Of a stretch of 64,000 nucleotides of DNA, positions 1 to 12,971 are shown piece by piece; the first letter of the stretch is position 1, and each line of letters begins with the position of its first letter. The notes under the pieces were generated by a model that worked only from the letters and a program-made list of their open reading frames with translations, was not told where the DNA came from and searched no databases. Location of the stretch: contig CAWKDB010000010.1 of NCBI GenBank assembly GCA_963848295.1, positions 3,584,001-3,648,000 of the forward strand, written 5' to 3'. The position numbers and the translations under genes were made by a program. The DNA is from an uncultured delta proteobacterium. Lineage in GTDB: Bacteria > Myxococcota_A > Polyangia > Haliangiales > Haliangiaceae.

Positions 1-918
1 CCGCTGACGCGGGCGTGAGCTCGACGAAGCTCGATCTCAGGCTCGCGGTCGAGACCGCTTACCTGCAAGCGATCGCGGAGCGTCGGCTCGTGGTCGTCGC
101 CGAGTCGACGGTCAAGAGCGACGACGGTCACTTCGATCAAGCGAAGCGCTTCGTCGCCGCGGGCCAGCAGGATCCGATCGTCGTCGCGCAAGCGAGCGCG
201 ACCCTCGCCGCGGCAAAATCGGCACTCGCGCAGGCCCAGAGCACCGAAGCGATCGCGCTGTCGAACCTGCGCGCCGCGATCGGTTGGATGGATCCGAACC
301 GGACGGTCGTGATCGATGCGAACTGGCCGGTCACCGCCGAGGAACAACCGCCGGCGCTGCCGCAGCTCGTGGACTCCGCGCGCAAGCGCCGTCCGGAACA
401 TCGTGCAGCTCGACCGGCTGATCGCCGCCGCGGACGCGAGCCTCGACGCCGCGCACGCGGAGCGACGCCCGACCTTGTCTGCGGTCGCCGATATCGATTA
501 CGGACCGCAGACCGGCAACTGGTCGCCCCAGCCGTCGTGGGGCGCGGGCCTCACGCTGTCGTGGCTCGCGTGGGATGGCGGCAAGAGCCGCGCCGACGTG
601 AAGGTCGCGATCGCGAACGAGCATGCCGCGATGGCGAACCGCGACGGGCTGCTGCTGACCCTGACCTCGACGCTCGAGTCGGCGCGCGCGCAGATCATCG
701 CGAACCGCTCGGGGGTCCAGGCGTCGAACGAAGCGGTGATCTCGGCGCAAGCGGCGCTCAAGCTCGCGGAGGCGAGATACGCCCAAGGTCTCGGCAGCCA
801 GATCGAGCTCGCCGATGCGCAGACCGCAGTGACGACGGCGCAAGGTGCGCTGGTCACCGCCGAGTATCAGCTCGCGACCGCGTGGGCGACCCTGCATCGC
901 GCGGCGGGTGACATTTGA
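1..918 (+). CDS. TolC-family outer membrane efflux protein, 5' partial, with an apparent +1 frameshift near 399
   Basis: ORF 15..911 gives the N-part (...RKRRPE) and ORF 316..918 gives the C-part (IVQLDRLIAAA...EARYAQGLGSQIELADAQ). One extra base at 'ccg gaa c atc gtg' joins them. Confidence 0.8.
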
Positions 919-1985
919 CCGCGGTGCGGTTGACCGAGTACGCGCGCGGCGGCGGTTGCGCAGCCAAGCTCCGGCTCGGCGCGCTCAGCGGCGTGCTGTC
1001 CCGGATGGCGCCGAACGCGAGTCGCGCCGACCTCGTCGTCGATCATGCCTTCTCCGACGACGCCGCGGTCGTCAAGGTCGGTGCGGGTCGCGAGCTCGTG
1101 CTCACCGCCGACGTCATCGCCCCGCTGGTCGATGATCCCGCGACGTTCGGCGCGATCGCGGCGACCAACGCGATGTCGGACGTGTGGGCGATGGGCGGCG
1201 AGCCCCGGTTCGCGCTCAACCTCGTGTTCTTCCCAGACGACGTGCTCGCGATGGACGTCCTCGATCAGATCCTGTCCGGTGGCGCGCGCGCGTGCGCCGA
1301 GGCGGGCGTCGCCGTCGTCGGCGGCCATTCGGTTCGCGATCCGGAAGTGAAGTTCGGGTTATCGGTCACCGGCGAGGTCATCGCAGGCGCCGCGTGGACG
1401 AATCGCACCGCGCGACCGGGCGATACGTTGATCCTGACCAAGGCGCTCGGCACCGGCGTGATCAGCCAAGCGATCAAGAAGTCGATCGCGAGCGAAGCGG
1501 CGGCGAGCGCGTCGATCCGCTCGATGACGACCACGAACCAATGCGCCGCGCAGATCGGCCGCACCCACGGCGTGACCGCGGCGACCGACGTGACCGGGTT
1601 CGGCTTACTCGGTCACCTGCGCAACATCGTGCGCGGCTCGAACGTGACCGCGACGATCGACCTCGAGCACCTGCCGGTATTACCCGACGCGCTCGATCAC
1701 CTGCGCGCGAAGGTGTGTCCCGCCGGCAGCATCGCGAATCGCGCGTTCGTCGCCGCCGACGTACAGTGGCGCGATGGCAGCGCGCTCGCTCCCGAGCCGG
1801 CGGCCGATTCGCGGCTCGAGCTGCTCGCTTCGCTCGCGTGCGACGCCCAGACCAGCGGCGGCCTGCTGCTGTGCGTCCCGAGCGCGCGTGCCGCGGCGTG
1901 TGTCGACGAGCTGCGCTCGGCCGGGTTGCCCGCTGCGGCGATCGGCGAGATCTCGGCCGGCGCGGCGAAGATCATCCTGCGTTGA
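915..1985 (+). CDS. selD: Selenide, water dikinase (selenophosphate synthetase), Cys-type
   Basis: Motifs RLTEYARGGGCAAK, DDAAV, AATNAMSDVWAMGG, GGHSV, LTKALGTG, TDVTGFGLLGH and DAQTSGGLL. The TTG start overlaps the tolC stop (TTGA). Confidence 0.93.
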   Translation: MTAVRLTEYARGGGCAAKLRLGALSGVLSRMAPNASRADLVVDHAFSDDAAVVKVGAGRELVLTADVIAPLVDDPATFGAIAATNAMSDVWAMGGEPRFALNLVFFPDDVLAMDVLDQILSGGARACAEAGVAVVGGHSVRDPEVKFGLSVTGEVIAGAAWTNRTARPGDTLILTKALGTGVISQAIKKSIASEAAASASIRSMTTTNQCAAQIGRTHGVTAATDVTGFGLLGHLRNIVRGSNVTATIDLEHLPVLPDALDHLRAKVCPAGSIANRAFVAADVQWRDGSALAPEPAADSRLELLASLACDAQTSGGLLLCVPSARAAACVDELRSAGLPAAAIGEISAGAAKIILR

Positions 1986-1988
1986 ACC

Positions 1989-4190
1989 TCAGTGCGACCA
2001 GATCGCGAGCGCGATCAGCTTGCGGTGATCGCGCAACGCTTGATCGTAGCGCTGGTAGATCTCGTTCCACCGCCCGGCTTCCGCCGACGCGCCGGCGACC
2101 TGCAGCGACGCGCGGCGGGCGGCGGCGTGGAGCGCGACGCTAAACGGGAAGCGGGAGTCGAGTCGGAAGTGGTCAGTAGGCACCGACCAGACGAGCTGGC
2201 GTACGACCGCGTCGCGCCCGGTCTTCACCCGAGGCAACACCGACATGACGTCGATATCCTGCCACCACGGGTCCCGGCTGCCGAGCTGGTTCGCGAGCGG
2301 CCCGCCATCACCGCGCTCCGCGATCTCCAACGCGTGCTTGTACTCGTCGGCGGGGCCGAAGTACGTGCCTTTTGGCAACGGGTCGCCGCGCCGCAACAGC
2401 AGACCACTGAAACGGCGGAGCCAAAGCTCGCGCTCGTTGGAATCCTCCGACGGTATGGTGTACGAGGGCGTCGCGTCTGCACGGTAGAGGTCGATCATCG
2501 ACTCGAGCGTCGCGAGGTTCCGAAGGACGTAACGCCCGTTCGGGTCGGCCCCAACCGCGATGACAGCTTTCACGGCGTACTCGTGCGCCTCCGCAAGATC
2601 GCCGTCGATGACCGCGGCGACCGCATGCCACTGCTCGAGCCTCGTCTGCAAAGCCGGGTCGGTTCCCGCAGGCATCGAGGTCAGGCTCTTCGCGAGCCAG
2701 ATCACTGTGCCAAGCGTGTACGCATCAAAATCGTCGGGGCGTCCGAGCACCGCCGCCGTCGCCGCCGCGTCGATCCCATCGACCGGATCGCCGTAGCCAC
2801 CGATCCAGCGCAGCTGGTCGAGCAGGAAGTCGACGCCCGCCGAGCCGGTGTCGTGGAATGCGGCCCACGTAGGGCGCTCCGCCTCGGGCACGACCTCGAG
2901 CAGCTCCGGTATACAGGCCGCGCCGTCGGGCTTGGCCGCGAGCGCGCGTAACCTGTCGACCGCGCCGGTGTCACCGCCGTAGTCATGGAGTAGCTCGGCG
3001 AGGCACTCGTAGCTCCGGACGGTCACGGCTGATTTGCCGTCGGTATCGCGTTTGCGGACGTCGTCGGCGTCGCGGAGCGCAGCGGCGGCGGCCTCGTTCC
3101 AGCGTCCCGCGAGGACGAGCGTAGGACCGGTCGGCAGCGCTCCGAGCGTTTGCGTGCTCCCGTTACCCACCGTCTCTGGGACCGTGATCGCCACCGCATC
3201 TTCGAAGCGACCGAGCTCGACGAGCGCGATGTGCTGGTAGCGTCGATCGCCGCAACGCTTGGCGACGGTCAACAGCTCGTCGTACCGCTCGGCGTGATAG
3301 AGCTCGCCGAGCTCGCCGTCACAGCCGTCCAGGATCGCCGACAGCGCAAGCAACCGATCGAGTGACGCGCGATCGCGATACGGATCGCGCTCGAGCAGGT
3401 CGTGCAGGTGATAGAGCGCGCTGTCGCGAGAGCCTGGCATCGCGGCGGCGATCGCGCATGCGTGCGTGTTCGTGATCTCGCGCGGACTGTCACCGGGGCG
3501 GACCGACGCGTCTTCGCAACTCTTGCGCTCCACCGCGCCGAACGCCTTCTCGAGGCCCCAGGTGAACAGGCCAGACGCCGCTGCCAACGCGATGACGCTG
3601 AAGATCGCCAGCGGAGGCGTCGCGGCGTGCGGCGTCCGCGCAGCGAGCGCGATCGGCTCGCCTTCGGCCGCGCGCAACACGAGCGCACCTGCATCGGCGC
3701 GATAGTCGGTGGCTCCGGTGCCCGACGTGCGCTCGAGCCGGCCGAACGCGATCACGTCATCGCCGGGCGCGACCGACGCGAGCCTCGCGGTGACGACGTC
3801 GGTGGATTCCGCGAGCGCGGCCGGCGTCCCGGCCGGCAAGTGATTGCGCGCGGCACTGGCGCGGCTTGCAGCGATCACGCGGATCGCGCCATCGAGCTCG
3901 ACCTTCCCATCGGCGGTCTCGATCCACATCGCATCGGCCCGATGATCGAGCGTGTCGACCAACCGCGTCGGTCGCCGCGCGATCAAGGTCGCCGCGCCAC
4001 CACCGCCGAGCTTGCCGCGAACGACGCCCTTGTCGGTCTTGCGGTCGAGTGCAAGCGTCGCCCGGCGCGCGTGTCGGCGGGCTCTGGCTCGCTGGGCGAG
4101 CCGCACGAGCCCGAGCGTGGCGAGCGCGACCACGACGATCAGCAACTTCCAAACGAGCGGGCCGTGAATAACGAAGAATGGCAGTTCCAC
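1989..4190 (-). CDS. Large membrane-anchored hypothetical protein with two hydrophobic segments and an alpha-helical/TPR-like C-terminal region
   Basis: Long ORF with typical codon usage. GTG at 4190 lies just after the stop of the VOC gene. Confidence 0.65.
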   Translation of the reverse strand: MELPFFVIHGPLVWKLLIVVVALATLGLVRLAQRARARRHARRATLALDRKTDKGVVRGKLGGGGAATLIARRPTRLVDTLDHRADAMWIETADGKVELDGAIRVIAASRASAARNHLPAGTPAALAESTDVVTARLASVAPGDDVIAFGRLERTSGTGATDYRADAGALVLRAAEGEPIALAARTPHAATPPLAIFSVIALAAASGLFTWGLEKAFGAVERKSCEDASVRPGDSPREITNTHACAIAAAMPGSRDSALYHLHDLLERDPYRDRASLDRLLALSAILDGCDGELGELYHAERYDELLTVAKRCGDRRYQHIALVELGRFEDAVAITVPETVGNGSTQTLGALPTGPTLVLAGRWNEAAAAALRDADDVRKRDTDGKSAVTVRSYECLAELLHDYGGDTGAVDRLRALAAKPDGAACIPELLEVVPEAERPTWAAFHDTGSAGVDFLLDQLRWIGGYGDPVDGIDAAATAAVLGRPDDFDAYTLGTVIWLAKSLTSMPAGTDPALQTRLEQWHAVAAVIDGDLAEAHEYAVKAVIAVGADPNGRYVLRNLATLESMIDLYRADATPSYTIPSEDSNERELWLRRFSGLLLRRGDPLPKGTYFGPADEYKHALEIAERGDGGPLANQLGSRDPWWQDIDVMSVLPRVKTGRDAVVRQLVWSVPTDHFRLDSRFPFSVALHAAARRASLQVAGASAEAGRWNEIYQRYDQALRDHRKLIALAIWSH

Positions 4191-4194
4191 TTGG

Positions 4195-4563
4195 CTAGCC
4201 CAGGAACGGTTCGTGACAGACCGCCTCGATGTTGTGGCCGTCGGGATCGAGCACGAACCCGCCGTAGTAGTGCTCGTGATAATGCGCGCGTGGACCGGGT
4301 GCGCCGTTGTCCTTGCCGCCGGCGGCGATCGCCGCATCGTAAAATGCGCGCACGATCGCGCGTCCGTTCGCGCGGAACGCGATGTGCGTCGACTGCTTCG
4401 GCGTCCCTTGCCCGATCCAGAAGTCGGGCTTGCCAGCGACGCCGAACCCGGCGAATTGCTCGAACTGCTTGAGCAGCTCGTAGCCGAGCGGCGCGAGAGC
4501 TTTCGTGTAGAACTCGATGCTGCGCTTGACGTCGCTTACCGTCACGCCGGTATGGTCGATCAT
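4195..4563 (-). CDS. VOC/glyoxalase family protein
   Basis: MIDHTGVTVSD, HIAFRA, GGKDNGAPGPR, YYGGFVLDPDGHNIEAVCH. Confidence 0.9.
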   Translation of the reverse strand: MIDHTGVTVSDVKRSIEFYTKALAPLGYELLKQFEQFAGFGVAGKPDFWIGQGTPKQSTHIAFRANGRAIVRAFYDAAIAAGGKDNGAPGPRAHYHEHYYGGFVLDPDGHNIEAVCHEPFLG

Positions 4564-4622
4564 GGCGGTACAGTAGACCAACAGCAGTCGAAACTGTGCG
4601 GGGTCTCCTGTAATGTCGCGGC

Positions 4623-5405
4623 GTGCGCTTAGCTCCGATCGTCGCGTGTGCGTTGTTGGTAGCTCCCGGTACCGCTAGCGCCGGCCGAACGTTCTACGGC
4701 TGGCTGTTCGGCAGCGAGGTCCTGCCCGAGCGCGGGGCCGAGCTCCAGACCTGGGTCACCGACGAGAACGATCTCTCGCACGAGAACAACGGTCGCGAGA
4801 CTCAGCTGTGGGTCGCGCCGCTGATCGGCATCACCGACAAGCTCGAGCTCGTGCTCCCGATCGAGATGCAGTGGACCCAGGATGCATCGCCGGGCAGCGC
4901 GCGCACGACGTTCTACAGCTACGGCGCAGAGCTGCGCTATCGGTTCGTCACACAGGATCCGGTCGACAAGCCGGCGTTCGCGCCGCTGATCCGGGTCGCG
5001 GTCAAGCGGCTGATCATCGATCGCGACGCACTGCAGCCCGAGGTCGATCTCGTCGCGTCGTACGACTTCAGCAGCTGCCTCCAGGCACTCGTCGACATCG
5101 GGTTGGTCGCGGACGTCAGCACGAACGGCAAGCACTTCGTCGACCCCAACACGATGGCGACCAGCGCCGCGCACTTCGAGCTCCATCCCGGTATCGGTGT
5201 CAGCGGTCGCGTCGTCGGCGATCTGCGGCTCGGCGGCGAATTTTACAGCGAGCTGGCGCTCGATAACTACGACGGCTCGTCGTGGGCGGTCGTCGGCCCC
5301 GACCTCGCATGGACGCACGGGCGGTCGTGGGTGAGCGCGACGTTCGGCATCGGCGTCTATCAGATCCGCGACGCGGGTCGGATCCAGTGGGGCATCGCGT
5401 TCTGA
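4623..5405 (+). CDS. Putative outer-membrane beta-barrel protein
   Basis: Signal peptide, alternating beta-strand pattern, C-terminal aromatic residue (QWGIAF). Confidence 0.6.
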   Translation: MRLAPIVACALLVAPGTASAGRTFYGWLFGSEVLPERGAELQTWVTDENDLSHENNGRETQLWVAPLIGITDKLELVLPIEMQWTQDASPGSARTTFYSYGAELRYRFVTQDPVDKPAFAPLIRVAVKRLIIDRDALQPEVDLVASYDFSSCLQALVDIGLVADVSTNGKHFVDPNTMATSAAHFELHPGIGVSGRVVGDLRLGGEFYSELALDNYDGSSWAVVGPDLAWTHGRSWVSATFGIGVYQIRDAGRIQWGIAF

Positions 5406-6080
5406 TGCGCTTCGCGGTCGCCGCGATCGCCTGCGTGCTCGCGCTCGCGAGCGGCGGGATCGCGCGCGCGCAACCCGCGGGCCGCGTCGCCGGCAAGATC
5501 ACGATCACCGAGGCCGATGGCAAGCGGAGCACCGGCGCCGAGGCCGTGGTCTACATCGTCGGCTTCACCGAACCGCCCGCAGGTGGCGAGCCGGTCAAGA
5601 TCATGCAGCTCGACAAGAAGTTCGTGCCCGATCTCGTCGCGATCACCGCCGGCGACACGGTGTCGTTCCCGAACAACGACGGGTTCCTGCACAACGTGTT
5701 CTCGCAATCGGCCGCGCGTCGCTTCGATCTCGGCTCGTTCAAGAAGGGCGTCACGAAGCAGAAGGACTTCCCGGTGCAAGGCGTCGTCGACGTCTACTGC
5801 AACCTGCATCCCGAGATGGCCGCGACGATCCTCGTCGTGCCGAATCGCAAGCACACGCGGATCAAACCCGACGGCAGCTACGAGCTCGACGGCGTGCCGC
5901 CCGGTACATGGACCGTGTTCGCGTACACGCGACGCGCGACTCGGCCATCGAGCGCGAAGGTCACGGTCACCGCGGGCCAGACCTCGACCGTCGACTTGTC
6001 ACTCGCAGCGCGGCGCCGAGCCCGATCACCTGAACAAGTACGGCGAGAGATATCACGACGCCGGCCAGACCTATAACTGA
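5405..6080 (+). CDS. Exported cupredoxin-like protein with a carboxypeptidase-regulatory-like domain; probable frameshift near 6005
   Basis: Signal peptide and type-1 Cu ligands HNVFS...YCNLHPEM. A plausible tail, RGAEPDHLNKYGERY, lies in the frame of ORF 5517..6080. Confidence 0.75.
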
Positions 6081-6166
6081 CTCGCGCATCGCGCCCTTGC
6101 CGTAGCGCACCCTCGCGGCCGTGCGCGCTGGAGCTGTGCTCGAGAGGTCCCTGCGCGGGGGCGCCG

Positions 6167-6964
6167 CTACGGGATCTGTTCCGAATAATGCTGCTGGACG
6201 ATCCGCCAGCCCGCCTTCTCCTTCTGGAGCACGAGCAAGGTCCGGTACGTCGTGCACAGCTGCGCCGGCGCGTCGACGGCGAGCGCGATCCACATCAGCT
6301 CGCCATCGGGCCCGGTGCCGGCGCGCGCGCCGAGCTCGTCGCCGGGCGTGAGCGAGTAGGCGCCGATCGCCCACTTCTTGAAGATCGACTTGATCGACGA
6401 CCCGCCCGTGAACACCTCGTCTGGCGCGCTGCCGATCACGAGCGCGTGCTTGTCGTCGGACAGCACCTTGACGAAGCTGTGGTCGCGCAACGCCTCCACG
6501 ACCGATCGCACCGGCGCTTCGAGATCCTTGGGCACGCTCGGCTTGATAGTCCACTCGTTCATGACCGCGCCGCACATCTCGACGACCCGGTTCGGAACCG
6601 CGACCGACCAGTGGGTGGCCGTCACCTGCCAGCCATCCGAGGTGAGGACGAGGAACGCACTCGCTCGCAGCGTGTCCTTGCCCGAGATGTCGGCGACGAG
6701 CCACGCCGACTTGCCGGTCTTCGAAGCGACGACGCTGGTGACCTTGACCTTTGCCTTGCCGAGCAACGCGCGCACGCGCGCCAGGTCCTTCGGCACCGGA
6801 TCGTCGTCGTGGTACGGCGTGATGAACGTATCGATCGAACGAGGGACGGGCTGGCTCGCCGCCACGGCGTCGACGAACGCGGTGAACGCCTTGGTCACGG
6901 CGGCGGTCGTGTCGGCCGCGGCAATCGACGGCGCGAGGAGCAGCGCGAGCAACGCGATCCGCAT
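6167..6964 (-). CDS. Secreted protein with tandem SnoaL/NTF2-like domains
   Basis: Signal peptide and two halves ending in GWQVTATHWS and GWRIVQQHYS. Confidence 0.6.
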   Translation of the reverse strand: MRIALLALLLAPSIAAADTTAAVTKAFTAFVDAVAASQPVPRSIDTFITPYHDDDPVPKDLARVRALLGKAKVKVTSVVASKTGKSAWLVADISGKDTLRASAFLVLTSDGWQVTATHWSVAVPNRVVEMCGAVMNEWTIKPSVPKDLEAPVRSVVEALRDHSFVKVLSDDKHALVIGSAPDEVFTGGSSIKSIFKKWAIGAYSLTPGDELGARAGTGPDGELMWIALAVDAPAQLCTTYRTLLVLQKEKAGWRIVQQHYSEQIP

Positions 6965-7214
6965 CGAGCTATCGTACCGGGTCCGGGTCGTCCACGCGTG
7001 GATGTGCGGTCAGTCGGTTTCGTCGCCGACAGCGATCGCTCTCGCGCCAGCGCGCGATCGGCGGAGCTGCACAGGGTCCGAGCGCGTAACTTCCAAGCCG
7101 ATCATCATGTGTCGGCGTATCAAAACGCGTTGCACCGCGCGTTGTCCCGCGCCGCGCGCAGGACCCTGTGACAGCGCAGCCAGCGCGCGCGTTCGCGGTC
7201 TCGCGGGCGAGTCG

Positions 7215-8081
7215 TCAAGAGTCGCGCAGGAAGCGCGTCACGCTCGCCTCGAGCTTGCTCTGGACGAGCCGGATCACGCTCGCGACTTCTTCGACCGGCA
7301 GCTCGAGGCGATCGGCGAGCCGGCGGTGCGTGCATGACACGAGCGAGGCGCGCGCGCGATTGATCCAGCGCGCGGCGGTCGCGCGATGGACGCCGAACGC
7401 GGCACCGATCTCGTCGATCGACATGTCGTCGACGACTTGCTGGCGCAGCACCATGCGGTCTTCAAGCGCCAGGTCGTTGACCGCTTCGTGTAGCGCGGCG
7501 GCAAACTCGGCGCGGTATTCGGCTTTGAGCATCTCGAAGCCAGGGTCGATGCCGCTGGTCAGCAATAGATCGAGGCTGCGATCGACGGGCTGTTCGCGCA
7601 TGTACTTCTTCTTGACCCGGATCAGCTCGCGCGTCGCGGTGATCCGGAGCCAACCGCGGAGCGGGCCGCGCCCGCGGTAGCCGGCGATGCCGGGCGGCTT
7701 GCCGTCTTGCGCGACGAGCAGCTGCAGGCGCAGCACTTGCTTGACCTCGCCGATCTGATCGGCCGAGGCCTTGGTCGCGCCGCCGGCGGCATCGACCTCG
7801 GCGAGCACCTGCTCGAACGCGGCGTTCGCGGTGGGCTCGTTCGCAGTGCACGCCGCGGCGAGCGCGAGATCGGCGGCGGGCGCGGCGGCGAGCGCGACGC
7901 CGAGCTCGTCGCCGTAGATCCGCTCGCCGACGAACGGGATCAGCTGCGCCTCGGTGAATTTCACGGTCGGCCAGCGCATGCGGGCCGCGGTGAACACAGC
8001 TTCCCAAGCGGTCAGCGCCGCCACCTCGGATGCGACAGAGAGTTTGCTCAGTTCGGCGAGCTGGCGGACGACCTCGGACAC
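7215..8081 (-). CDS. ECF sigma-70 factor, Myxococcales type
   Basis: [21 protein letters not shown] and a region-4 HTH ([19 protein letters not shown]). Start chosen at GTG 8081. Confidence 0.85.
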   Translation of the reverse strand: MSEVVRQLAELSKLSVASEVAALTAWEAVFTAARMRWPTVKFTEAQLIPFVGERIYGDELGVALAAAPAADLALAAACTANEPTANAAFEQVLAEVDAAGGATKASADQIGEVKQVLRLQLLVAQDGKPPGIAGYRGRGPLRGWLRITATRELIRVKKKYMREQPVDRSLDLLLTSGIDPGFEMLKAEYRAEFAAALHEAVNDLALEDRMVLRQQVVDDMSIDEIGAAFGVHRATAARWINRARASLVSCTHRRLADRLELPVEEVASVIRLVQSKLEASVTRFLRDS

Positions 8082-8116
8082 CGCCGTGATTGTCGCATGT
8101 GTCAGAATGCGAAGCG

Positions 8117-10227
<2,111 letters not shown>

Positions 10228-10233
10228 CCCTGT

Positions 10234-11277
10234 TCAGTGCGCGTGGCCGTGGTGGATATCGGGCGCGTGTTCGTGCACGTGTTCGAGCTCGCCGTGGTGA
10301 TGCGGATGCGCGTGCTCGCCGACGACCGGCGGCTCGTGGACATGATCGTGGTGGCCGTCGTCGTGGCGATGGACGTGATCGTGATCGACCGCGTGATGGT
10401 GGTGCGGGTGAGCGTGGCGCTCGGTCGCGTGCAACCACACGCCGGTCGCGAATAGTGCCGCCGCGCCGAGCGTCCAGGCATCGAGCGCGCGATCGCCGAG
10501 CGCGATCGCAACCGCCGCCCCGACGAACGGAGCGAGCGCGAACACCGAACCCGTGCGACCCGCGCCGATTCGCCGCTGTGCGAGCAGATAGAGCCGGAGC
10601 GACAAGCCGTAGCCGACCGCGCCACACGCGACGACCGCGAGCGCCGGCCCGATCGGTGGCAGCGCCTCGCCGACGATCACCGCGGCGGTCAACGACAGCG
10701 TCGCACCGAGCGCGCCCTTGCCGGCGATCACCGCGAGCGGATCGCGCTCCGCAAGCGGCCGGGTCAGCGTGTTGTCGAGTGCCCAGCCGAGCGTCGCGCC
10801 GGCGACCGCGATCGCTCCGGTCGCGCTCCACTCGCCACCGCGCGCGGCGGCGAGCACGAGCAACGCACCTCCTGCGGTCATCGCGGTGACCGCGAGCGCG
10901 ACCCGGCCGCCGATCGGCTCGCGAAACGCGACGCGCGCGAGCGCGACCGTGAACACCGCCTCGAGGTTGAGCAGCAGCGATCCGATCGTCGCCCCGGAGC
11001 GCGCGAGCCCCCACGCGAGCAACGCGGGCGCGACCGCACCGCCGACGACGGCGATCGCGACGAGCCGGCCGAGGTCGCCGCGAACGAGCGGTCCGCCGCT
11101 GCGGGCGAACGCGCGCAACGCGATCGCGGACGCCGCGGCACCGGCATAGAGCAGCGAAGCAGTGGCGATCGGTCCGACCCAGCGCTCGGCCCACGCGACG
11201 ATCGGCGTCGTCACGCCAAACGCGATCGCCGCCGCGGCAGCGAGCGTCACTCCACGGGTGATCGCGCGCGTCGTCAC
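10234..11277 (-). CDS. EamA/DMT family transporter with a His-rich C-terminal tail
   Basis: About ten TM segments; [11 protein letters not shown] and WALDNTLTR; tail [27 protein letters not shown]...[11 protein letters not shown]. Confidence 0.85.
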   Translation of the reverse strand: MTTRAITRGVTLAAAAAIAFGVTTPIVAWAERWVGPIATASLLYAGAAASAIALRAFARSGGPLVRGDLGRLVAIAVVGGAVAPALLAWGLARSGATIGSLLLNLEAVFTVALARVAFREPIGGRVALAVTAMTAGGALLVLAAARGGEWSATGAIAVAGATLGWALDNTLTRPLAERDPLAVIAGKGALGATLSLTAAVIVGEALPPIGPALAVVACGAVGYGLSLRLYLLAQRRIGAGRTGSVFALAPFVGAAVAIALGDRALDAWTLGAAALFATGVWLHATERHAHPHHHHAVDHDHVHRHDDGHHDHVHEPPVVGEHAHPHHHGELEHVHEHAPDIHHGHAH

Positions 11278-11295
11278 GGCAGGCTCGGACCCGTA

Positions 11296-11394
11296 AGTGG
11301 ACAAAAGCGACAGCGTCCCCAGAGAAGTCGCGTGATCACAGGCTGTTGCGAGCGAGGTCTGCAACGGCAAGTAGACAATAGCGACAGCGTCACC
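11296..11394 (-). repeat. Two divergent copies of the 25-bp repeat family (11296-11320, 11370-11394)
   Basis: Plus-strand AGTGGACAAAAGCGACAGCGTCCCC and AGTAGACAATAGCGACAGCGTCACC align without gaps to GGTTGACAAAGTGAACACCGTCCCC. Confidence 0.75.
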
Positions 11395-12565
11395 TTTGCG
11401 AGTCTAGCAGCGCCGCGATTTGCTCGGGCGTGAACCCGTACTCGGCGAGCACCTCGCGCGATTGCTCGCCGAGCTTCGGCGGCGGCGCGCGGCGCGCGGG
11501 TGCGCCGACCGGCGTGCGCAGCTGCGCGATCGGACCGACGCCGTCGCCGCCGTCGATCTCGAAGAACACGCCGCGCGCGACGTGCAGTGGATGGGCCGCG
11601 AGCTCGGCGGGCTCGAGCGCGAGCTCGACACAGCAGTCGTGCTTGCCGCAGATCTCGAGCCACGCCGCCGCTGGCTTGCCCGCGAGGATCCCCTGGATCT
11701 CGGCGCGGACGCGCGCTTGGTCGGCGGGCGGCGCGATCAGCTCGGCGACGTTCGGCGCGCGCCCGATCGCCTGGTTGAAGGCGATCCAGAACTTCGGCTC
11801 GAGCGCGCCGACCGCGAGGTAGCGATCGTCGCCGGTGCGATAGACGCCGTAGCACGCGAGCCCGCCGTTCAGCGTCTCGGTGCCACGGGTGGGGTTCGCG
11901 CCGCAATCGAGGTTGCCGAGCTCGGCGGCGAGCAGCGCGAGCGCGCCTTCGGTCATCGAGATGTCGAGGTGCGCGCCGTGGCCGGTGCGTTCGCGACCGA
12001 CGAGCGCGCCGAGGATCGCGGTGGCGCTCCACAGCGCACCGCCGGCGAGATCCGCGATCTGGACGCCGGGCATCACGGGGGCCCCTCCGGCGGGGCCGCC
12101 CATCGCGAGCACACCGGCGAGCGCGATGTAGTCGAGGTCGTGACCGGCGCGGTCGACGTACGGCCCGGTCTGACCGTAGCCGCTGATCGAGCACACGACG
12201 ATCCTGGGATTGCGCGCGGCGAGCGTGTCGTAGCCGACGCCGAGCTTCGCCATCACGCCGGGGCGGAAGCTCTCGACCACGACGTCGGCCTTCGCGACCA
12301 TCGCGAGCAACGCGTCGCGGCCGGCCGGCGCCTTGAGATCGAGGGCGAGCGAGCGCTTGCCGCGGTTGACCGCGAGGTAGCGGCCGCCGACGCCGCCCTT
12401 GCTCGGCGGAAACGCGCGCAGGTAATCGCCGACGCGCGGATCCTCGATCTTGACGACGTCGGCGCCCATGTCGGCCAGCACCATCGTCAGGTACGGCCCG
12501 GGCAACAGACGCGATAGGTCGAGGACCCGGATGCCGCTCAGAGCGTCGGCGAGCGGCCCGTTCAC
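11390..12565 (-). CDS. CaiB/BaiF family III CoA-transferase (alpha-methylacyl-CoA racemase-like)
   Basis: [45 protein letters not shown] and AGHDLDY. Confidence 0.92.
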   Translation of the reverse strand: MNGPLADALSGIRVLDLSRLLPGPYLTMVLADMGADVVKIEDPRVGDYLRAFPPSKGGVGGRYLAVNRGKRSLALDLKAPAGRDALLAMVAKADVVVESFRPGVMAKLGVGYDTLAARNPRIVVCSISGYGQTGPYVDRAGHDLDYIALAGVLAMGGPAGGAPVMPGVQIADLAGGALWSATAILGALVGRERTGHGAHLDISMTEGALALLAAELGNLDCGANPTRGTETLNGGLACYGVYRTGDDRYLAVGALEPKFWIAFNQAIGRAPNVAELIAPPADQARVRAEIQGILAGKPAAAWLEICGKHDCCVELALEPAELAAHPLHVARGVFFEIDGGDGVGPIAQLRTPVGAPARRAPPPKLGEQSREVLAEYGFTPEQIAALLDSQR

Positions 12566-12567
12566 GA

Positions 12568-12924
12568 CTACTTCGCGGGGCGGGCGATCTCGAACAACTG
12601 CTGGAGCTTCATCGCGAGCATCGGATCGCCGGTGATCGCGAGCTTGCCCTGGAAGTAGAGCTGCATGCCGGCGTTGGGATCGCCGAGCATCGTCTTGAAG
12701 TCGTCGCCGGCGACGGCCACCGTGCACTGCGCCTTACCCGAGTCGCCCTTGGTGCAGCTCGGCGGGTTCGCGGTGCAGTCGACGGTCCATTCACCGCCGC
12801 CGTCCCCCGAGATCTTGAAGCAGTAGATCGCGTTGAGCTCGCGAGCTTTGTCGGGGAACTGCTTCAAGCCCTCCGGAACGAGGTTGTCGAACAGGTCCTG
12901 CGCGTCCTTGGGCATCGTGGCCAT
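12568..12924 (-). CDS. SCP2 sterol/lipid-binding domain protein
   Basis: GGGEWTVD and [21 protein letters not shown]. Confidence 0.88.
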   Translation of the reverse strand: MATMPKDAQDLFDNLVPEGLKQFPDKARELNAIYCFKISGDGGGEWTVDCTANPPSCTKGDSGKAQCTVAVAGDDFKTMLGDPNAGMQLYFQGKLAITGDPMLAMKLQQLFEIARPAK

Positions 12925-12971
12925 GCTTCAATCCTCCGAGCCCCGGTGTTACCGCGCCCGCTCCTCGGCGG

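Noticed and set aside
915..1020. Selenocysteine-containing SelD
   Set aside because: The active-site codon is TGC (Cys), and no convincing SECIS hairpin was seen.
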